Shown piece by piece: positions 1 to 11,862 of a stretch of DNA of 64,000 nucleotides. The stretch comes from Vicugna vicugna (Eukaryota), in assembly GCA_013265495.1 (NCBI GenBank), contig MU061579.1:4116327-4180326 (forward strand), written 5' to 3'. Both the position numbers and the translations under genes were made by a program. Under the pieces are notes generated by a model. That model was not told the DNA's origin and searched no databases. It saw only the letters and a program-made list of their open reading frames with translations. Each line of letters opens with the position of its first letter. The first letter of the stretch is position 1.

Positions 1-1352
1 CTCTTTGGTTTCCTCATGTATGAAATAATAGGCACTGTGTAGTCTCAACAGTGGCTTTATGGTACACCATTCCATCCTCTGTGCATCAGTATAGACATAG
101 GCAACCTTACAAAGTTTGGCCATGGCTATGTCTACATTAGAATTTCAACTCCTCAACTCCATACTTACAGATTTAGTGTTATTTGTTGTGCCATTAATAA
201 CGGTTTATATACAGAATTATGAGAAATGACTGTAAAAATACAGCAGAGATGTGGTTACAATGTTAGACAAGTTTGAGTGTTAAAAAAATTAATGTAAACT
301 CTATAACTCATGTCTAAATCCTCCTTCATGTAAACCACTGTAATTATTCAAATACTGGTTTATTTGGTTGTACTTAGACAATTGAACACTACCAAATCAA
401 AGCCTCTTATTTAAAAATGGACTAGAATTTCACATGTACTTAATGTCTAAGAATATATCTATATATAGATAAAGCCAGATTTTATATAATCCATATGGTT
501 GTGACTCTATAAGAAGTTTACCCCTAATTCTCTTATTTCCTTCAGTTCCTGTCTGTCTGACTTTTGGTTATTTCATTACTTCATAACGTTTTTACTAGCA
601 ACTAAGCAGGGACAGGTGAAAAAGGTGAAAATTAAATCAGTCAATGTTGTTTCTTGTGTTAGCATAACTGATAAGGAAGGGCTTGAAAATAGTGTCCAAA
701 ATGAAGTCTTTAAATATTTATGAATAGCCACTATATCAAATTACCCATGTCTCCCTTAACTGTAGAGAATCAAAAGCTAACAAATTTACGACTAGACTTC
801 AGTACGTTTACTTGGATGAAAGAAGTATAACACTATGCAGGTAGTTTTCAGCTGCCACAACATCAAAAATATTATGTGAATTATAACTTCTATATAGCAG
901 ACTTATACTGTATACTGTAGTATTCTATGTGCTTTACATTGACAGTTTTAATTCATCTTAATTCTTCCATAGTATGTTCTATATCCTCCATTTTCTTTAA
1001 CTCCATGGTGTTTTTCAATCTTTTGTTTAATAGAAATGAATGTGCGACACAATGGGTTAAATCAGAGGAGGCTGCTCCCTGCTGAGGATAACTGTGCACT
1101 GTCCTGCAAGCAGTAGTGACACACCAGCTAGGAAGCTATAGAGGGCGATCCAGAGGAGAGAGACATCGTGCTTTCTTCTCTGCAGTACTTCCCTCATTCT
1201 GTCCACCTTATGACTTGCTTTTCTTTCACCAAAATGGCCACATGCAAATTGATTCTTAGAAACCTTCTGAACCTCTTTTATTTAGAAAAACCACAGAAAA
1301 GGCTAACTCCTTATTTGGAATCAGAATGACAGCCTTATTCCACCCCAGAGCC

Positions 1353-2005
1353 AAGGGCTAGCTACATAATTTGCAGGGCCAGAGTAAAAGGAAAAATGTT
1401 GCAAAAATCCAATGCACTGTGGGTGAATGATTCCCCAGTATCTCAATCTTCATCCCCAGATACAGTTATCAGGATCAGGAATGAAAGAAGGGCTCCTGCA
1501 GAGACACCTGCCAGATATGCTGTGCTGTGGTGCTGTCATCTCAAGGGAGAGGAGGTTGTGTTGCCCCACCCTAGGAGCCCATGAGGCATGCATCTGACCT
1601 GACAGTCCCTGTACCCACACTCCCAGCAGGGACAAAATGTGATGGTAGAATACAGGACTCCCTGCTCCAGTGATGCAACCCAGTTGCAGCCCTAGGCAGA
1701 GGGCAGCTACAGATACAAACCAGGTGTTGGAAGAAGGAGTCTGAGTGGGGACCAAGGTGTCAGAAGGTCAGAAATGGACAGAGAAGTACCCTCCCTGGGA
1801 AGGTTGAGGACAGTAGAAAGCAGGGTTACATGAGCCAAGATTCCAAGCTCGCAGTGCAGGCTCCATTGTCCCATCAAACTGCACTTACAAAACACACATT
1901 GGAAGAGAAAGTTATTGAGACTTTCAACATAATGAAAGCAGAACATTAAATCCCAAGACCCTTCTGAATGTGGGGACCTGTATGACTACACATCTTAAAT
2001 CTGTC
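1353..2005 (+). mobile_element. hAT-Tip100 DNA transposon relic, MER45B/C-like
   Basis: Begins AAGGGCTAGCTACATAATTTGCAGGGCC and ends ...CACTTACAAAACAC...GAACATTAAATCCCAAGACCCTTCTGAATGTGGGGACCTGTATGACT; both ends resemble the MER45 termini as recalled. The GC-richer interior explains the short ORFs at 1396-1946. Confidence 0.72.
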
Positions 2006-2014
2006 TGTGACCAC

Positions 2015-2125
2015 TAAGATGAAGGAAGTTACATAATTAACCCAAGAACACATATATGACAAAATCATAATCAGAATCTGTGTTCTTGGCTTTTAAACTC
2101 ATATTTTTCTACTCTGTTACCCTGA
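2015..2125 (-). mobile_element. MIR SINE fragment
   Basis: AAGTTACATAATTAACCCAAGAACACATA...CAGAATCTGTGTTCTTGGCTTTTAAACTCAT resembles the antisense MIR core and head. Confidence 0.4.
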
Positions 2126-2286
2126 TTATCTGAAAACTTAATGTGGTGTTTATTCCACCAATATTCTCCATTATCATAAGATATTTGTTTAATGTATGCT
2201 TTCTGCCAGAAGGGGCATGACTAGAAACAGTTTATTTCCCTTAGTAGAGAGTATCAGTGAGAACTCTTTTGATTCCATCAACACCT

Positions 2287-2745
2287 TGCATTAGGTTAAG
2301 AAAACCATACGAAACTTGCTACAGAGACAAAGGATGCATATCTCAGAATATATAGGGGCCTCAAAAATGGACTGAAGCTGGGCATAGGGATCTAGTGCAT
2401 TTTCCCTCCTACTCTGCTCATTTCAGCATGCTTTATGAGCATTTCTAAACGAGTCTTTCTGTTGCTGCTTTTCTCAAATTACAGATGGAATTTGTTCAGG
2501 ATACACTGAGTTTTTATATCATTGGTCCTATTACCCAAAAGAGAATGCCCGATACTTTTATTCTCAATTCTAAATCCCTGAGAAAGGGACTGATTGACGT
2601 ATTCTTTGTCATAATCACCCCACCCCTACCCTTCAAGAGCAGCTGCTCAGGAATATTAATATAGCAAGGAAAGGACTTTTATGGAGCTGCCCAATAACCA
2701 TATATATGAACAGAACAGTTCCTAGAAATGAGAGACCCACAGGCA
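2287..2745 (-). mobile_element. Highly degraded MaLR LTR (old MLT1-like)
   Basis: Weak motifs only (CAATTCTAAATCCCTGAGAAAGGGACTGATTG...CACCCCTA), typical of old MLT1 LTRs in antisense. Confidence 0.3.
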
Positions 2746-3989
2746 ACTTGTAGGTTTCACCGTGGATGGCATGGCTCTGTAGCGTAAGATCTTGTTAGAT
2801 TTATTATGAAATTTTGTGGTGGCATCACTCATTCCTCAAACCAACTAGGTGTCAAATAGATTTTTGAAATATCACAGTAAATTTGTTCTATTTCTCAACT
2901 TTATACATGAGCCTAGATGACTTTAACTAAGCTCCACATCAGTCCCTATTTATACAAAGAGCAAAACTGTCATTTTTTTTATTTGCAGTGTATTTGTGAC
3001 TTGACAGGCCTCCCATTCCTCTTGATGATACACTTTATTGAAAGAGTGAAAATGCTGGAAGGTGAAATACAATGCAGACCATCCCATAGCTGTCGATGAA
3101 TGTCATTTTAGTTCCTGCTGGGATTTCTAGTTTGTCAGAAATCGCCAGAAGTCAAGAGAACTATTTAAACTATGTATATATCCTACACACCAACTGGGGC
3201 CACTGGGTACCTAAGAAACCTCTAAGAGCAGTGTCAGATGTTCATGCTAAACAGTACCTACTGCCAGAAGGTTAACGCTGTCCAAGGAGAGCTACCTTAA
3301 GGGAATTATGCTCCTGAGGTTTAAAGGAAAACACAGCCTCTGTGAACCTGAATTTCATCTGCTTGTATAAAATTGCAGATTGCATACTTCTCTACTGTGT
3401 GTCCTCAGCCTTTGCAGTAGAATCTGGGGGCTTTGTGATGGAAGTTTGAAACATAGTGCTGATGCTTTTGACAGAATGATGTGTCTTCAAAGTTTTATAT
3501 CATGCTTTTACATTTTGTAGCTTTAGTGACGTTCTACATCATATTACCGTCTCCGTCTATAAATTTTCCTGAAAGTCAAAGCTTTCATTACTTTGGTGCA
3601 ATATTCACATACATGATCTTGATTTGGGGGAATACTTTCTTTCTTTATAAAATGATTTGAATCATCGTAAATTCCTATTGATTTATTCATAATCTTTGAT
3701 TAACTAAGTTATGACGTACCTTTGGAGGAGACAAAGTCTATCAGGCCAATAGAATGAGGCTTACGAAAAGTGATTAGTGTTACTAAATCATTCTGAGGAA
3801 ATACCCAGAATCTGGATGGAATTTTCATAGATACCACTCTCTTGTCTCCACTTTACAACAGGTAAGAAATATTTTTTTAATGTACAAATTGTTAAAAGTC
3901 TGCATTGGTTAATTGAAGGCAAGCCACTCGCAAAGATACATTGATAAAAAGACCAAAAATAAAACAACCTGTGACTTTTTGGGGGGATT

Positions 3990-4330
3990 AACTTGGGTTC
4001 CAATTCCAGTTCTTAAACTTCCTAATTCTTTGCTGTTGAGAAAGTTACTTGCTCTCTTTATTTTTCCATCAGTAAAGTGGGGGAAGACTGATTACATCTG
4101 CCCTGTGTAAAAATCAAGTAAGAGATTATCTGATTACTGCTGGTCAGCTTCTCCACAGTCTTCTGCACACAGATTGTATACAAATGCCTTGTTTTCTCAT
4201 TTGCCAAAGTCTGTCCTGTATCAGTTGCAAAACACTTTGAATAGATGTAAATGCCTGTAGCCACAATCTTGGACACATCAGATATTCAATACTGTCTAAA
4301 CATGGTACTTAAATATAATAGCAATTATTA
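3990..4330 (+). mobile_element. MIR SINE (degraded)
   Basis: TGGGTTCCAATTCCAGTTCT...GAAAGTTACTTG...TTTTTCCATCAGTAAAGTGGGG follows the MIR core; a MIR-like tail lies near 4240-4330. Confidence 0.5.
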
Positions 4331-4770
4331 TTTTACTCTACACACATAAAAAGGACTCTTTGAGGTAAATCTCTCATCAGGAAAAAACTGCATGCATCAA
4401 GACATAGGGTTTTAATAAGTAATATTTGCTTTAATTTATATATTACTAGTGATTTATCACATAGTGTTATTCACTGAATATTTTTAGTCTATCAGGCATC
4501 ATTTCAGACACATGCCCAGGCATTGGCTGCGATGACTGCCTAGTGAAACGTTCACAAAATTTTCATTGTGAAAATTACAAACAGTCATTGTGAAATGAAG
4601 CCACTCAAAATACTAATCCCTATATTTATCTGAGTTTCATTATGTACTAACTTAAAACAAAATGAAGGAAAAGTATAATTGCTTTGTCTTCCATTAGTTG
4701 GAAGGATAGTAGAAAAACAGTATTTAGTTTAGAACTGCTGACCCCAAAATTGATTAGTTCTTAATCATGG

Positions 4771-5045
4771 ATAATAATGAATTATTTAAAACCTGTTGAG
4801 CCCTCATCATATGTCAAGCCCTATTAAGTACTGTATTATGTAGTGCATATGACATTTTTATTTAATTTTCAGTCTATGACATAGATAAAATTAATTTTCT
4901 CACTTCACATATAAGAAAACTTATGTTTCAAAAATATACCATACTTGTCCAGGGTTCTATGATTATGAGTGAGTAAATGAGATTTGAATCTTGGTATCCC
5001 TGACATGAAAAAAATGCTATTTTCTGCTATGTGTTAACTGTCTCT
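4771..5045 (-). mobile_element. MIR SINE, near full length
   Basis: Colinear with antisense MIR: TTGAGCCCTCATCATATGTCAAGCCC...CACTTCACATATAAGAAAAC...ACTTGTCCAGGGT...GATTTGAATCTTGG. Confidence 0.65.
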
Positions 5046-5177
5046 CCATGTAATACATACAGTATTGCTTTGTAATATTAAACTTACTTTTTTAAAATAG
5101 TAACTAAATTAAGGATATCTTTCATTTGTTGTTAAAAAAAGGCGAATTATTTTCTTGTATCAATTTCTTCATACTAA

Positions 5178-5395
5178 AAAACAATTTGAGGACATTTCAG
5201 TAAAAATGTAAAGTGAGTTCATGCTATTTTCTCCTCCCCCTCTGAGACTACAGTAAGATGAGTACAGAAACATATAAACTCAAAACAATAAATAAGAAGA
5301 GAGCTGACACCATCAGAAGACAGGCAATATCAATGGATTTCTTTTAGTGGGAAAGTAAATGAAACATTTTTGTTAATGAAACTTAGGAAATTTCA
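5178..5395 (+). mobile_element. Ancient HAL1/L1M-like 5' end fragment
   Basis: GAGGACATTTCAGTAAAAATG...CTCCTCCCCCTCTGAGACTACAGTAAGATG resembles the 5' end of HAL1/old L1 as recalled. Confidence 0.35.
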
Positions 5396-5404
5396 TCTCT
5401 ATGA

Positions 5405-6235
5405 AAAACAACTTATCTACCTTTCCAGTTGTGAGGCCAAAAACCTTGTTATTTTCCAATCTTCTCTTTATCTCTTGCCATACATCCAATATCTCATCAA
5501 ATCCTAAATTTAAATATATCTCAAATTCCAGTGTCTCTTCTCACTTCCCTCACTACTACCATCATCCAAGCTATTATCTTCTCTTGGCTAGATGATTGCA
5601 GTCACTTCCCAGTTGATCTCCCAGTCTCCACCACCCTTGCTCCCTAGAGTCAGCCTGCTCACAGCACAGCAATCTGTATAATCCTGTTAAATGTATGGCA
5701 CATTATATCATTTCTCTGCTCAAACCCTCCAGTGACTTTCCATTTCTGTCAAAGTAAAAGGCAATATATATCCTTGCAGTGGCCTGCAAAGCCCTTCAAA
5801 ATATAGTCTCCAACTGTCTTCACTACAGAACCCTTTACAGTGCAATCCCCCATAATTCTTTCAGTCTTAGCCACCATGTCCTGTCTGTTGGTTTTCAAAC
5901 ACAATAAAATGCTCCTAACACCGAATTTTTCACTTTTTCTTCTTCCTGTGTGAACATCTCTCCCTCCCTCACTGCCATTATCTATTTCTTAGTGAATTCT
6001 TCACTGAACAAGCTACCCTATCTTCTGCATTTCATGTTTCCTTTCTTTGCTTTACATTGCTCCATAGAATTTAACACATTTAAATATGTTTTATGACATA
6101 TTTATTTTAGTTTTTGCCTGCCCACTCCCATGAGACTTCATGTTTCATAGGGGCAGTCATTTTGTCAGATATATTCAGTGCTCTTTCCCATCACATTAAG
6201 CTTTTGCTGATTTCTCAGCAAACATTTATTGCTGT
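5405..6235 (+). mobile_element. LINE-2 (L2a-like) 3' portion
   Basis: CCAGTTGTGAGGCCAAAAACCTTG...ACTACCATCATCCAAGC...CTCTGCTCAAACCCTCCAGTG...GGCCTGCAAAGCCCT are hallmark L2 3' motifs in the expected order. Confidence 0.85.
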
Positions 6236-6341
6236 GACAGACTAATATGAAATTCATGTATATACACATCTCTATGGTGAACATAGCAGTGTAGAAGGTG
6301 TTTGCATGGTTGGCAAAACCCTAAAGATTTCCAGATAATTT

Positions 6342-7595
6342 AAGTTAGAATACTCCCTCACACCATACACAAAAATAAACTCAAAATAGTTTAAAGACTT
6401 AAATACAAGACAAAATACTATAAACCTCTTAGAAGAAAACATAGGCAAATATGATCTGACCTAAATCTCAGCAGTGTTCTCCTAGGGACCTAATTAAACT
6501 TATAAGCATTTGCAAAGCAAAGGAAACAAAAACAAAAAGAACCTACAGAAAGGTAAGAAATATTTGCAAACAGTGGGACAAGGGCTTGATTTCTAGAATG
6601 TATAAATAGCTCATACAACCTAATAAGAAAAAAACAAACAGCACAATGCAAAACTGAGCGGAAGACGTAAACAAGCAATTCTCCAGTGAAGACATACAAA
6701 TGACCAATAGGCACATGATAAAATGCTCAATATTGCTAATTATCAGAGAAATGCAAATCAAAGCTACAGTGAGGGTTCACCTCACACCAGTGAGAATGGC
6801 TGTCATTCAAAAATCCACAAGTGGTAAATGCTGGAGAGGGTGTGGAGAAGAGAAAGCCCTCCTACACTGTTGGTGGGAATGTAGTTTAGTGCAGCTGTTA
6901 TGGAAAATAGTATGCAGATTCCTCAAGAGACTAAAAACAAACTTACCATATGATCTAGCAATCCCGCTCCTGGGCATATATCCAGAGAGAACCTTAATTC
7001 AAAAAGATACATGCACCTCAATGTTCATAGCAGCACTGTTTATAATAGCCAAGGTATGGAAAGATCCTAAATGTCCATCAACAGATGACTGGATAAAGAA
7101 GTTGTGGTATATTTTTACAATGGAATACTACTCAGCCGTAAAAAATAATAAAATAATACCATTTACAGTAACATGGATTGACTTGAAGAATGTCATTCTA
7201 ATTGAAATAAGCCAGAAAAATAAAGAAATATACCATATGGACATCACTTGTATGTGGAATAAAAAAAAAAGACAAACACACTTATTTCCAAACAGAAACA
7301 GACTCACAGACATAGAAAACAAACTTATGGTTACCAGAAGGGAAAGTGGGAAGGGATAAATTGGGAGTTCAAGATCTGCAAATACTAATATATATAAAAT
7401 CGATAAATAATAAATTCATACTGTATAGTGCAAGGAACTATATTCAATATCTTGCAGTGACTTGTGGTGAAAAAATATGAAAGCAAATATATGTGTGTTC
7501 ATGTATGACTGACTCATTGTGCTGTACATGAGATTCATACAACATTGTAAACTGACTATACTTCAATAAAAAATATATATATTTACCAAAAAAAA
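6342..7595 (+). mobile_element. Young 5'-truncated LINE-1 (ORF2 C-terminus + 3' UTR), non-functional
   Basis: ORF 6700-7359 encodes the L1 ORF2 Cys-rich tail ([31 protein letters not shown]). The 3' UTR ends GACTATACTTCAATAAA followed by an A-rich tail. No TSD visible. Confidence 0.95.
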
Positions 7596-7735
7596 CCAGT
7601 TCCATCCTAGGACACATTTCAGGTATGAAATATTCAAACTTCAAGGTCAAATAGAAAAGCTGAATATCTGTCAGCAATGGAAAACAACTAACAAACAAAT
7701 CAAGGATGATAAATCAGATTTGCATCTATTTCCTA
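7596..7735 (+). mobile_element. Ancient HAL1/L1 ORF1-like fragment
   Basis: CCATCCTAGGACACATTTCAGGTATGAAATATTCAAACTTCAAGG...AAATCAGATTTGCATC resembles the late ORF1 region of old L1/HAL1. Confidence 0.4.
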
Positions 7736-8749
7736 TTTAAACTGATCTTATAAAATATGAGTATAACCACTAAAAGAATAAAAAATTGGAAATATTTAAA
7801 AATGTACCTGCTGAAGAGCAGAAAAGATTGAAAAAGAAAATGAGAATCTGCATTTAAAGGGTACTCCTTTGGCTATTAATTAACTGTCATTTGTGGCAAA
7901 ACATTTACATTCAATGGATTTTAGTTTCATTATCTCAGTTTTGATGGTTCTGTCCTTTCTGTGGTTCTGGGTTTTTTTTGTTTTTTTTTAAACACAACTG
8001 CTTTATTCATTATGGAGAAAATTAATTCTGGTTTGATAATTCTTATATTATTCTTTGCAAATCATAAAATTAAAATATTATTACAGAATTAAAACCCAAC
8101 TTTTCAGATTTTCTTCAGAGAAACATATGCAGTGGTTATCCTTGTTACGTCTTAATCTTCTTATTAACTGAGTTTTTTCTTGTCATTTTTGTCCTAATCT
8201 TTGGAGTATCAGTTCATCTCTTTTCACCCAGAATATAATCCAACTGCTAGTAATTGCCTTCTGGACATTTCTGATCTAAATATTTTATCAATATTTTCTG
8301 CCTTAATGTATTTAAAACTACACCTTCTTTCTACCCCAAGCTGAGGCCTTCTCCTGTTGTTGCTCCTTCCGTCAACAACATGGTTATTTTCTGAGTATTC
8401 AAGACATCTATGTTTACTTTTTTGACTTTTTGTTCTTCTTTCCAAACACAGTTATTTCTTTATTTGGTTCATATTTACCATGAGCTTAGCATTTCACTGA
8501 TATAAAGATACAGAAGTGAAAGGCAGAATCTCTGTTCACTAGACATTCTCTATCTTTTGTAGATCAATATGTAGATAATTACCATACAATAAACTGAATA
8601 TTGAGTAAACAATAAATCAATTTGTATTAAAGCAGTGTATGATCATAAAAGAAGTAGGGATTGTCTTTATTCCTACGAGAATATCACATATATTATCCCA
8701 TTTAATCTCCCAGGTCACCATCAGAGTAGACTTTTTGCAATATTGTTCT

Positions 8750-9200
8750 TAGATCAACTACATCTGCCATTAAAACTTCAGGGATTTCATTTTGCCATGA
8801 GAATAGAATAAAATTGTATATTGAATATTCAAAACACCTATGGTCTGGCTCTTTTGCCCAAGCCATATTTCCCACTATTTCCTCACTAAAAATTATACAT
8901 GAGATTTATTGAAATACTAGCCTTTTTTTCTAATCCTCATTCTTGTCTTTATCCATACATTCTCTCACTCTGTTTTATTAACTATCAGTAGTTTATCTTT
9001 CAAGAATTATTAAAATCAATGAACTACTAAAGTTCTCCCTGCTTATAATAATAAGAAATAATCTATTCCTTCTCTTAACTTGCATAGTGGTTTATATGCA
9101 TCATTCCTTACATGCTTATCACGTTACTTTTTGGCATATTTTATTATACATATTTTCTTTCCTACAAAGTATTGTCTCCTGTAAGTAGATACCATTCCCT
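8750..9200 (+). mobile_element. LINE-2 fragment (degraded)
   Basis: CTGCCATTAAAACTTCAGGGATTTCATTTTGCC...AGAATAAAAT...TGGTCTGGCTC follows the L2 3' region pattern. Confidence 0.45.
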
Positions 9201-10120
9201 GCATCTCCTCAAATAAATATTTCTACTTAAAGACTTGATCAAAATCTCTTTCCCAAGCTTGAAACACACAACACTAACTGTGATTTAATTATTCTTTCTC
9301 ATATTATGGCTTAAAAAGTGGAAATAGCAAATTGTGATTTTTAACTATTGTTCTCATTTAAGTAAAACCACAAGCTGGGTTCAGCCATCTGAATAAAAGA
9401 TAAATTTCACATTATTGCAACAGCTGAAATATATAATGCTTAAAAAGGGAAATCTTTACAAATATAGTATTCCTCTGCTATTTCTTTCATTTGTTAAAAA
9501 GAGAGAAACCTGTTCACTGACCATATTTTACTTCAGTGAGGTGATGGGACTACAGTTGAGCCCAACCATGGCCAGTCATTTCTGCTATGAAAAGTGGGCA
9601 ATACACTTTCCCCCAAATCAGTGTCCAATTTGTAGACAAAATCTTTAGGTCCATTCCTGCCTATTAATCCTGCAACTATTCCTGCCAGATAGTTCTGCTG
9701 TGGAAAGAAATGAATGTTTCCCAAGGGGTCGTTGGAGCCACATAGGTAAGGGGTAAACGTGAATGTAATTTAAACATTATTTGAGGTAGATTAAAAGGAG
9801 GCAGTAGAATAATACCTTGATACCACTAAGTTTTTCTTTGTCATTTCTGTCTAATTTAGTAGAATCAAAATTAGGCTTATTTCAGTTATGGAACTTCACA
9901 TCTGATATTTTTCAATTATCCAACCCAAGCACCAGCATAGCACTTTGTAAGTCAAGTGACACCACTTAATTTGATAATTAAAAATAAATTTAAAAAATGT
10001 TTTTGTTTCTATATGAATTTTTCCTGTTTATCATATTTAGATTGATAAAATACTATTGCTTTTAGGCAAAAGACCATACTGATTTCTCTCATTTTTCTTT
10101 AATTCATCGTAGTGATTTCT

Positions 10121-11420
10121 TTTTTTTAATTTATATTTAGTAATTTTCTTAACATTTTTTATTGATTTGTAGTCAGTTTACAATGTTGTGTCAAATTCCA
10201 GTGTAGAGCACAATGTTTCAATTATACATGAACATATATATATTCATTGTCACATTTTTTTCTCTGTGAGGTACCAGAAGATCTTGTGTATATTTCCCTG
10301 TGCTTTACAGTATAATCTTGTTTATTCTACAATTTTGAAATCCCGTCTATCCCTTCCCACCCTCCACCCCCTTGGCAACCACAAGTTTGTATTCTATGTC
10401 TATGAGTCTATCTCTGTTTTGTATTTATGCTTTGTTTTTTTGTTTTTGTTTTTTAGATTCCACACTTGAGCGATCTCATATGGTATTTTTCTTTCTCTTT
10501 CTGGCTTACTTCACTTAGAATGACATTCTTCAGGAGCATCCATGTTCCTGCAAATGGCGTTATGTTGTCAGTTTTTATGGCTGAGTAGTATTCCATTGTG
10601 TAAATATATGACATCTTCTTTTTCCAGTCATCCATTGATGGACATTTAGGCTGTTTCCATGTCTTGGCTATTGTAAATAGTGCTGCTATGAACATTGGGG
10701 TGCAGGTGTCATCCTGAAGTAGGGTTCCTTCAGGATATAAGCCCAGGAGTGGGATTCCTGGGTCATATGGTAAGTCTATTCCTAATCTTTTGAGGAATCT
10801 CCATACTGTTTTCCACAGTGGCTGCACCAAACTGCATTCCCACCAGCAGTGTAGGAGGGTTCCGCTTTCTCCACAGCCTCTCCAGCATTTGTCATTTTTG
10901 GATTTTTGAATGATGGCCATTCTGACTGAAGTGAGGTGATACCTCATTGTAGTTTTGATTTGCATTTCTCTGATAATTAGCATTTTTTCTTGTGCTTATT
11001 GCTCATTTGTATGTCTTCCTTGGGGAATTTCTTGTTCAGGTATTTTGCCCATCTTTGGATGGGGTTGTTTGTTTTTTTCTTATTAAGTCATATGAGCTTC
11101 TTATATATTCTGGAGATCAAGCCTTTGTTGTTTTCATTTGCAAAGATTTTCTCCCATTCCATAGGTTGTCTTTTTGTTTTACTTATGGTTTCCTTTGCTG
11201 TGCAGAAGCTTGTAAGTTTCATTAGGTCCCATTTGTTTATTTGTGCTTTTATTTCTTCTAGGAGAAAATTTTTGAGATGTATGTCAGATAATGTTTTGCT
11301 TATATTCTCCTCTAGGAGGTTTATTGTATCTTGTCTTATGTTTAAGTCTTTGATCCATTTTGAGTTTATTTTGGGGTATGGTGTAAGGGAGTGTTCTAGC
11401 TTCATTTTTTTACATGCTGT
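10121..11420 (-). mobile_element. Young 5'-truncated LINE-1 (ORF2 C-terminus + 3' UTR), frameshifted
   Basis: Minus-strand ORFs 11088-11471 ([25 protein letters not shown]) and 10453-10983 ([18 protein letters not shown]) are consecutive L1 ORF2 segments. The poly(A) signal and A-rich tail lie at 10121-10155. No direct TSD. Confidence 0.96.
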
Positions 11421-11862
11421 TGAAAAAAGAAATGATGAATTTATTTTTCTTTTTTGTCTACACATGTTCAAAGTCTAACAGAGTATATGACCCTCACACA
11501 CACACTGTCTCTTTCTCTGTCCCTCTGTAATATATATGTCTGTGTGAATCTGTATGTGTATGTAATGTGTGCGAATTTGATAGAAATACACTATATGACC
11601 CTGAGACAAGCAAGAAGCAAAGGCACAGAGACACAGAAGAAATAGCACAAGATACACATTAGACATTAAAAGAAGTCTTGGTGGACCCTGAAAAGAAGTC
11701 TAAGTTACATAAAAGCTGCTTTGGTCACACTTTGCATGCATACTTGGATTGTAGTCTTCAGAGGCTCTCATTGCCTATTTGGTGTGCTTTGGAAATGCTA
11801 ATAACATCTTAGAGTCTTCAGTCCATTTGGTACCTGAAGGGCATAAAAGAATTCATTTTCAA

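Noticed and set aside
6700..7359. 219-aa ORF as a host gene
   Set aside because: It is the C-terminal part of L1 ORF2 running into the 3' UTR of a 5'-truncated copy, with no endonuclease or RT domain and no promoter.
6342..11420. Inversion between the two facing L1s as the reason both lack TSDs
   Set aside because: The outer and inner flanks do not cross-match as reverse complements, and the old element around copy 1 appears to keep its orientation.
10453..11478. Cluster of 127-176-aa ORFs on both strands
   Set aside because: The minus-strand ORFs are broken L1 ORF2; the plus-strand hydrophobic ORFs are its antisense shadow.
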